Assembly: GCF_001194135.2 (NCBI RefSeq) | Contig: NC_068983.1 | Span: forward strand, 111,315,392-111,361,103 | Reading direction: 5' to 3' | DNA: 45,712 nucleotides | DNA from: Octopus bimaculoides | Lineage: Eukaryota | Shown: one piece after another, positions 37,251 through 45,712 of the stretch | Layout of the letters: the number at the start of each line of letters is the position of its first letter | Position numbering within the stretch: position 1 is the first letter of the stretch | The notes under the pieces: generated by a model | Database searches by the model: none | The model's input: only the letters and a program-made list of their open reading frames with translations | Told to the model about the DNA's origin: nothing | Made by a program: the position numbers and the translations under genes

Positions 37251-38929
37251 AATACAGAAAAGATTACGTTCCCAAGATCTTATAATATTAACTTGAATCT
37301 TAAAATGGAGATAAATGATGTAGAATTCTTATACAGTAATTACCAATTACAAGGAGAATTGCAACTAGTATTTGTAGAAGAAAACCTGTATACGATCGTA
37401 TAACCTGCAAGAAATTACAATTAAATTTGCCTTAAAAATACCAAGCATTCTTCAAAAGAGTTACCAATACAGAAAAGACAAATACCGAATACAATATGTC
37501 TTAAAGGATACAAGATGCGTAGACCACAATGCTGGTAGAACGATAAATATTTGACGCAAAAGTATCTCTCTCAGAGCATCCAAATGAACTGAGAATGACA
37601 GAAGCTACACGTGTGCATAAAACGGGTTCTGGCACTTTACAATCTCTTTAAAATACTTGCAAATAGCCCACGAGACAAGAACAATCATGAATAAGACAGA
37701 AAATACACTCAAAATAAAATGTCCATAGAAACAGGAAATACTGCTATCTGTGTTCAATACACACAGATCTGTGCAAAGCGTTCCTTTAAAAGCAAATGCT
37801 TTACACAACACAAAAATCTGTAAAATGCATCAGTACTAATGACATTAGAAATACCTTTATAGAAGTAAAATTTATTGAGACGTTCTAACTAACAAAACAT
37901 GGGACACACGAGCTACAGTTGTCACCTTTCACAACCTGCTGTGTCCATACAGGATATATTCAAGAATTAATGCTTCATGCACAAAAACGAAGTTTGTAAA
38001 CATGACACAAAATATCTAGGAACCTGTAATACTATAATAACACCATCAAAATACCTTTATGGACACTAAAACATTTTATCATCTCTTAAGCTATTCATGT
38101 AGCAATAGTTCCAGAAATATTCCTATCAGAACATCAAACGCACACCATTCCAAATTATACTCAGGGAGATGCTTTTACATTGGATATGGTCTTATAACAT
38201 ATAAAATCTTGCCTTCAGTAAATAAATGTAAAAAATGACATTGGTAAACTAATGTGAAACGATACTACACTGAAAAGGGGAAAAATCTTGTAAGAAGAAG
38301 CACAATAATACAAATACACATGTATTCAAATGCAATACAAACATATGTACCAACCGCATCAACTGTCCAGACAGATTAGCCCTGATAAAAAAAACTGCAC
38401 TTGAAGATTACGAGCACTGTTTGCAGGCTACATCAATACATACATTTCCATATATTCAAATAGACGATCAAAGAAAAGCGATGTGATATCATTGTAACAA
38501 ATTAGTTCTCCATGCTAAACAATTCTCACTAACACACACACATACCACATCAGACCAACTGTAACAACTCTTCATCAGACATCGTGTTCTGCTCCTCATA
38601 CCTATTTTACACAAACATTATGCAAGTAATTCCTCAAATTTTCTTAGATCTCCTATCAAATATTATCGCAACAAACACAAATATCAACGACGAAAGTTAG
38701 TACAATTCAACAAGATTCCAAGTAGTACAAAAGAGTGAGTTTCATCAAGGTTTTCAAAATTCGATACTATTTCAATCAACAATACCCAGCAATACGTGTT
38801 TAGTAGAAAGTGGGTTATACATCTTTAGATTGTATACCTGACTTTCTACTATAAAATTAAAGAATATAACGGAACGCTGAACTCCAGACCAAACAACTTA
38901 AACAACATTTATTTAGGTGGTAAACATAC

Positions 38930-38991
38930 ATATCTTTAGTTGTACATCTTTAGAGGTGAGAATAACGAGCTGTCGAGTGTAAGACCGAAAG
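38930..38991 (-). other. Candidate non-coding first exon with pyrimidine-rich (TCT/TOP-like) start
   Basis: Minus strand ctctctacatCTTTCGG...AAAGATAT|gtatgt. Only a 3-codon uORF (ATG TAC AAC TAA). Confidence 0.4.
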
Positions 38992-39088
38992 ATGTAGAGA
39001 GACAGACAGCTTAAACACACGTCCATGCTCAATCGCTGGCCAGCGAGAAAAAGAATGAATTGAGCGGGAAACGCTTGCCTGTTTAATT

Positions 39089-39300
39089 CTACGCATGCGT
39101 AAAACTACGCATGCGCAGGCGTTACTACACATGTATAGCGCTGATTCGAAACCGAATCCCTAAGCGTCCTGCCAAACATCACTAGGAAACTACCATAGTT
39201 TCACATGATCGGTCTATTAACCGACCAATCAGCGTAAAGCGTTGGTGTGGACGGAGTTTAATCGATCATTCTAGAATTTGGCTTTTAGTCCCCTATAAAA
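39089..39300. promoter_or_regulatory. Putative bidirectional promoter 1: two (A)CTACGCATGCG NRF1-like sites, CCAAT box, TTCTAGAA, TATAAAA
   Basis: Motifs at 39089-39117, 39225-39233 (ccaatcagc), 39269-39276 and 39294-39300. Locally CpG-rich in a CpG-poor window. Confidence 0.6.
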
Positions 39301-40171
39301 ATCGTTCGGTGCGATTTTTACAGTCAGACAATTTAGACAGATGACACAGGAAGATGGCCCAGACGGACAGCTAAAATAGATGACCAAAAACCTCTGTCGC
39401 CACGGAGATAGCACAGTTGTTTTTAGATATGTTGGGCAAACATGTTGCCGTACCAATAGCTTTCTGTTATCTCAGAGCAATATCTTTCTACCAGTCCGTC
39501 TGTAATTATTGCTGATGTTAACTGTAAAATACCAACGCAGTTTGTCTTTATATGCGACAATAGATTTTTCTGTTAAATGATCACGGGTGTTGCTAATTTA
39601 CTTCTTCATGCAGTCAAGAAATGAATTTTCGTTCATTAACTCAACCGGCTACCACAGCAGCATGCATGAAACATCATAAGACAACTCGTGACTCTTACAT
39701 TCAACTGAATAATTATAATTGCATCTAAAAACTACACCTGACAAGTTAATATGAAAAATACAGGCCCAGTTATATAGCAGACATAGACAACTCCATGAAA
39801 ATCAGAGACAGCATCAAACAATACATTAACGCTATACACAATCGAAATAAAACTTACCGTCAAACAACTAAACAAATAAAATATCAAATGTTTCAAAAAC
39901 AGAAATTTTACAAATATTAGTTATCCGAAAGGAAAACATCCTTGCAGTAAAACATTATACTGATTAATCAACTGTATCACCACACAATATAACCTCAAAT
40001 AATATACCCACACTGCTCTCATAGCTCTAAAATCAGCCATCGAAACCAACACACTGAAAATAGAAACACAGACGAAATATACACATTTTCTAGCGACATA
40101 ACTCTTTTGACGCTACCTTAGATCAGTCACCTTAAAAGTATTATCATACCACAAACACATGCATGCATACA

Positions 40172-40205
<34 letters not shown>

Positions 40206-40253
40206 TACGTACACACGCACACACACACACACACACACAAAGTGATAGATAGA

Positions 40254-40290
<37 letters not shown>

Positions 40291-40729
40291 AAGGCTTGCA
40301 GTTAAAAACATCTCTGTATTTAGAAGCAGCAGAAAACCAAGAAAAAGAGCAAAATGATGCCTAAACATGCTTTGAGTAATCACAAGTAGCGGAATTGATC
40401 AAAAGAAATAAACAACAACGGGTATAGATAATATATAAAATTCATCGTGAACCCTTATCTTCCAACAACAGACTACAGTTAATTACAAAGAACCCAAAAC
40501 AGCACCCTACTCATCCTCACAAATTCTTCAACTAGCCACTAGCCACCGACAGACCTGAAAAAAAAAATTACTAAAATGGTAATAACATCTGGGGATACAA
40601 AAGTCAGGGTTTGTTGCTGCAGCAAGTTTCAACCCACACAGACTTCTGTCACTACAGGAAAACATCCTGTAGAGGATTCGAGATCGAATAACGTAATAGC
40701 CGAACAGACACCACAATGAGACCACTGTC

Positions 40730-40821
40730 GTTTCACTTGATCGGCCAATTAAACGACCAATCAGCACCAGTCTGTCGCATAATTTGACTTTCTAGAACTT
40801 TGTCATTGATCTCCATATATA
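40730..40821. promoter_or_regulatory. Putative promoter 2, paralogous to promoter 1: two CCAAT boxes, TTCTAGAA, TATATA
   Basis: gtttcacttgatcggccaattaaacgaccaatcagc versus gtttcacatgatcggtctattaaccgaccaatcagc at 39198. ttctagaa at 40790, tatata at 40816. Confidence 0.6.
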
Positions 40822-41639
40822 GGTGGTTTTTGGCAGTAATCGAAGAACGTGAGGTAGCTGTGCGTAGAATAGAGAGACAGTCGCTCGACGTCTCCTTTCT
40901 CTTTCAGCACCTATTGGTATTGAGAAGACACACATTTTGCCGACATGAATATCGCACAATTATTTTCCGGGTCAACCACAGATTGCTATATCAGTTAATT
41001 GCCATAGATCTCAGTGGTGTGTCTCTCCCAGTGTGTAATTGTCGTTAGTTTTTGCCAAAGGGCCAACACAGAAAACAGTATGTGCAGTAAATAAAGCTTC
41101 TCTCGAATGCTTGCGAGTGTTATTAATTACTTCTACATGCAATCTTAGAAATAAATTTTCATTCACCAGCAGCTATCGTGACTAGCACAATGACAACAGC
41201 TGTCATGACAACCCAAACACTATGAAATACTCTATAGCAATATCCGAACATTCTAAAAGAACTATCTTCTATTCAACTCAGACAGGAATACAACCAGGTG
41301 CACACAGAAATAGCAACAAAACCAACAACCTTACAGGACCCAAATACTGAAATCCACACCATCAACAATAAGTGCAAAGGAACAGAAAGTGCCGTGTTCT
41401 GTCCCAGTTTACCTTGATTGTCTCATTTGTTGCCACTATCAGAATCTACGAGTAGACTGGACAAGAAAAAGGGTAGGTACCAAATAAAAAGAATAGTTGG
41501 AACTTTCACTTTGCATCCATATGTTTTTGCCAGGCAGAGACATCGTATCATTGGGAAGATCGATCTAAAGTTTATATGCCATACAAATGATCGATCAAGG
41601 CTGAACAGGGATTACATCATAATCCATCCCTCTGGAGGC

Positions 41640-41835
41640 ACAAAGCCTGAAATTTTAGGGTTGGGGAGGCTAATCTACTACATTGATCCCAGTGCTCAAC
41701 TGCTACTTGTTTTATCGACCTCGAAAGGATGAATGACAAAATCGACCTCGGCGAAATTTAAACTCAAGACGTAAAGCCAAAAGAAAGGTCACCAAGTATT
41801 TTGTGCGATGCAGTAACGACTCTGCCACCGCTCAA
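41640..41835 (-). mobile_element. SINE family B
   Basis: cacaaagcctgaaattttagg...aatcgacctcggcgaaatttaaactcaagacgtaaag...gactctgccaccgc. Confidence 0.8.
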
Positions 41836-41863
41836 GGGACCATATAATAATAATAATATTAAT

Positions 41864-41922
<59 letters not shown>

Positions 41923-41949
41923 TGATAATGATGATGATGACAATAATAA

Positions 41950-43145
41950 CTGATCTTTGTACTGTGCTTGATAACGCTAACACTGATTCTGAGGAAAGGC
42001 GATTCCACTCCTTTGATATGGAGCAGGGGTAATCGCATGAACAGTAGACGAGCTAAACAGCTTAGACAGAAAGACAAAGAAGTTGCTAACTAGATATGGG
42101 TCACTCCACCCAAAAAGTGACACAGACAGACTGTATGTACCAAGAAAAAGATGGGGAAGAGGACTTATTGGATGCGAACACATTAGAGCAAAAGAAAACA
42201 ACATAGCATGGTATGTAAAAATATACCGCAGAACCGCTATTATTAGAAGTCAGAAGGTCAGGCTTGTGTAGGATGAAAGATTGCAAAGATAAAGCACTAT
42301 ACAAGAAATTGAAAACAAATGAAACTGAAAATAGGTGGGTAAAGAAAAGGATGCATGGCCAATTTCATAGGGATATTGAAGATAAGAGAGACAGAGAAAA
42401 AATATGGCTGTGGATGACTAAAAGGGATTTAAAACCGGGAACGGAGGCTCTCATCTGTGCTGCCCAACAGCAAGCACTAAGAACAAACTACATAAAATAC
42501 GGAATAGACAACACAGCAGAAAGTGATAAGTGCAGATTGTGTGGACAAAACGGTGAAACCGTATGGCATATTACCAGCCAGTGTACACTACTAGCCCAGA
42601 AGGAATATAAGAGACGCCACGACAATATATCCAGGCTTGTCCATTGGACGCTCTGCAACAAGTATGGACTTGAGAAAGTGAAAAATTGGTACGACCACAA
42701 TTCTGAAAGTTTGTCGGAAATAGAAATGCAAAGATCCTATTGGATTTTATGATTCAGTGCGACCATGAGATGGAGAATAGAAAGCCGGACAATTGAGAAA
42801 GAAAACAAACTATGCTGTATTATAGATATAGCATGCCCAGCTGACAACAAGGTATGCGATAAGGAAGAAAGAAAAGTCGGGAGATATGACAGGTTAGCTT
42901 GGAAAACTAAGCAGTTATGGTGGATGAAAAAGGTAGCAGTAAAACCAATAATTATCGGAGCCCTGGGAACAGTGAGCAAAAATCTCGAGAAGTACGTGGA
43001 ACAAATAGCAATAAGGGTGTAGCACTTGCAGAAAACAGCACCGCATGAAACCGCTCGAATACTCCAGAAGGTGCTCTAAAAATCAGAGGTGTTACCTTAG
43101 TTCACTGGTAGTGAACAGCTGACACTGTAGTACATCTCCAGCGTT
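41950..43145 (+). mobile_element. 5'-truncated R4/Dong-like non-LTR retrotransposon with CCHC knuckle and restriction-like endonuclease
   Basis: LHPKSDTDRLYVPRK..GRGL; MHGQF; LICAAQQQALRTN; CRLC...ETVWHITSQC; RRHD; KPD...IIDIACP; IIIGALG; QK...TARILQKVL*. Frameshifted. (AAT)n on both sides. Confidence 0.9.
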
Positions 43146-43162
43146 AGAAGCTGTGCAAAGGC

Positions 43163-43203
<41 letters not shown>

Positions 43204-43249
43204 CAACAACAACAGCAATAATTGTAATTTCATTTATTTTTAATAATGA

Positions 43250-43465
43250 TGATAACTTCAAATTTTGACATACGCACTGAACCTTTGAGGGGAAAAGTAA
43301 GTCTATTACTTCAACCCCAGGGTTCAACTTGTATGTATTTTATCAACCCCGAAAGGATGAAAGGTAAAGTCGACCTCAGTGGAAATTGAACCCAAAAAGT
43401 AAATACGGACGAAATGCTGCAAAACATTTTGTCCGGCGTACTAACGATTTAGCAAGCTCGCAGCC
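43250..43465 (-). mobile_element. SINE family B
   Basis: ttcaattttgacatacgcac...accccgaaaggatgaaaggtaaagtcgacctcagtggaaattgaaccc...gcaagctcgc. Confidence 0.8.
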
Positions 43466-44483
43466 AGGGACTACGTCATAATAGCAATAACAACAACAAT
43501 AACAATTATGATTTCTTTTATTTTCAATAATATTAATAACAATAACTTACTGCGATATTTATACGCTTGCATCTTTGAAATGCTTTATCCATAGTGGTTA
43601 TAAACCAATCCTAGGACAAATAACTATTTTCAATAAAATTAAATATTCTCACCTTCCTGCATATATCTCCAACAGAATACACCACTAAAGACATTGCCAA
43701 CAAAATCTACAACCTTCGAGTCAACAAAGGAGTACCTATATGATCAATCAATTTGCTAGATATAACAGCGAAATATTCCTTATATGACATGCTCTAACAG
43801 TTAAAGGCTATTCTGGATATTGTATCACAGATATACTGCATCTGTTTAAACCGACAGGATGGTCACGGCTGTAACAGCTTTGAACACATGCATACTCAGT
43901 TCAAGTTGAGCTAAAGCTAACCAACAACAATTTTAATCTTGAATACACTGACAAGAATCCTTTCTTAGCAATAACAAATTTACATTTGCTTCAAAAATAT
44001 CGAACATGGCACAACTTATTACCACTTAATACATCATACTCAATAAAGATATTTTACATTTGCAAAAAGTTAGTTTTTTTAGAAGGAAGATAACGTTAAT
44101 TGAATCAATCTTGGCTAAGCCTTTGTACTTAATTTATCATCCGCTAAAGTATGCTAAAACTTGACTGCAATAAGATTTAAAATCACATGTAAAGACGACA
44201 ACTGAAATACGAAAATGCATTTAGCCATGCGTTCTACTGAATCTACCACTCCATATGTCTTTTCGACTCACAGTCACTAATGACATTGTGCCACTCATAC
44301 AAAGTATTTGCATTTAAGACATAAGCGAAGAGCATGTCAGTATCGCTATACATCATAATATGGGCAATAAAGGAACCACAGACGAATCCTCACGCAGAAA
44401 CGGCTTATGAATAAAGTGACATACTATTTCGAGTCTGTGTGCCTCTGAGAGTGTCTAATTATATTCATGTGGGCCTGTAACTC

Positions 44484-44503
44484 CCTTTCTCTCTCTCTCT
44501 CTA

Positions 44504-44578
<75 letters not shown>

Positions 44579-44614
44579 ACCTATCTGTCTCTATCTATCT
44601 ATCTATCTATCTAC

Positions 44615-44675
<61 letters not shown>
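44484..44675. repeat. (CT)n/(CTAT)n/(CA)n microsatellite
   Basis: Directly visible. Confidence 0.95.
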
Positions 44676-44677
<2 letters not shown>

Positions 44678-45357
44678 CTTCCTCTTTTCCTCTCGTTGCT
44701 CACCTATTCTTCTACTTCCTCCCTTTGTTTCTCCCTACCACTCTCTTTCTCTCTTTCCCTTACACCGGCATGGTCACATGCTTCCGGTCACTAATCCTTT
44801 TCTTCCTTGGCTATCGCCGAGCAAACACGCGAATTTACTTCGTCCCCACTTTCAAGTTCGTGCCTCACAGCGTTCATACACATATAATTTTTCCCGTCTG
44901 GCCGTATAGCCTTTTCCGTTTGTTTTCCTATATTGTTTTTTGTCCGCCACTACATTCCTCCATGGCACAGGTTTAATTTGTGTATACAAATTTAATTTGC
45001 GGTCCATGGGAAGAGCCGTTTTAACGATGCGTCCTACCCAGCTCTTCGAAACGCCGGTGTTAAAACGGGGGTAGCTGATGAAGGAAAATATTCTCTATGT
45101 GGCTTGTGTGTTTTCTGTACTCTGATTATCATTATTTTCTTGTCTACGTTTTGTTTGCAATGTCCTGTACCCAGATATGCACCTATACATACAGGTGGAT
45201 GTCGGTATGCACATACCTGTACGTATATATGCATACACTCATTTATTNNNNNNNNNNNNNNNNNNTATATATATATATATTTCTAACAAAACTGTCCGTT
45301 GAACATATTACTCCACCTCTGGTATTTGAGTACTCTTTTTTCCACCTTATATATACA

Positions 45358-45521
45358 GACGCAGGCGTGGCTGTGTGGTAAGAAGCTTGCTTCCCAACCA
45401 CATGGTTCCGGGTTCAGCCTCACTAGATGGTACCTTGGGTAAGAGTCCTCCTACTATAGCCTCAGGTCGACCAAATCCTTTTGAGTGGATTCGGTAGACG
45501 GAAACTGAAAGAAGCCCGTCG
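45358..45521 (+). mobile_element. SINE family A, 5' half only
   Basis: gacgcaggcgtggctgtgtggtaagaagcttgcttcccaacc...gaaactgaaagaagcccgtcgt, then the SINE similarity stops. Confidence 0.9.
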
Positions 45522-45533
45522 TTCCCTTCCCAC

Positions 45534-45712
45534 ATTCATGACACTAACCACGCGCTTCGTCTATTCAACTCTTTCTCTTTCCCTCCCGGCCCTTCTAAGC
45601 TTCTCTTCACTCTAGACATCCAGAGCCTCTATACAGTGATCCCCCACGACGAGGGGCTGCGTGCCCTGAAGTTTTTTCTAGACCAACGCCCCAACCCACA
45701 ACCCAAGACCTC
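45534..45712 (+). mobile_element. Penelope-like reverse transcriptase fragment, running off the window end
   Basis: Open frame IHDTNHALRLFNSFSFPPGPSKLLFTLDIQSLYTVIPHDEGLRALKFFLDQRPNPQPKT, with the Penelope D..SLYT.IPH..G motif. Confidence 0.85.

Noticed and set aside
38549-38578. Minus-strand TGATGA...CTGA as a C/D snoRNA
   Set aside because: The boxes are only ~28 nt apart and lie within a predicted exon.
38685-38750. TGATGA plus an 11-nt antisense match to 18S rRNA (acgaaagttag)
   Set aside because: No CTGA D/D' box follows the guide, and 11-nt matches are expected by chance.
40850-40872. TGAGGTAG let-7 seed
   Set aside because: The rest of the sequence does not match let-7 and I see no precursor hairpin.
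45010-45100. Hammerhead-like words (GAAAC, CTGATGA, GTC plus ctaccc/gggtag pairing); related copy at 20110-20165
   Set aside because: The order and pairing do not close a three-way junction: there is no GAAA after the putative stem II.
1-45712. CRISPR arrays, rRNA genes, prokaryotic operons
   Set aside because: None seen. The sequence is eukaryotic and repeat-rich.

Overview
This is AT-rich, repeat-dense animal genomic DNA, most likely from an octopus (inferred from the tRNA-derived SINE families and the microsatellite load). It has five N-gaps: 2972-3110, 15747-15942, 28319-28514, 30856-30923 and 45248-45264. I recognise no intact host protein-coding gene. Almost all ORFs in the supplied track are microsatellite artefacts or decayed transposon fragments. 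Supported content: at least 4 tRNA-derived SINE families (about 20 copies), two internally deleted tandem Helitrons, Tx1/L1-like and CR1/Jockey-like LINE relics, two R4/Dong-like RLE elements inside (AAT)n arrays, two Penelope-like fragments and four TIR/foldback MITEs. Three things stand out. (1) A tRNA-SINE at 22353-22770 carries a complete minimal type-I hammerhead ribozyme motif. (2) An island with few repeats at about 37.3-41.2 kb holds a diverged tandem duplication of a CCAAT/TTCTAGAA/TATA promoter module with conserved downstream blocks. (3) The same island shows a candidate minus-strand spliced transcript with mini/micro-exons and a pre-miRNA-like hairpin. All identifications were made by eye, without database searches, and many boundaries are approximate.
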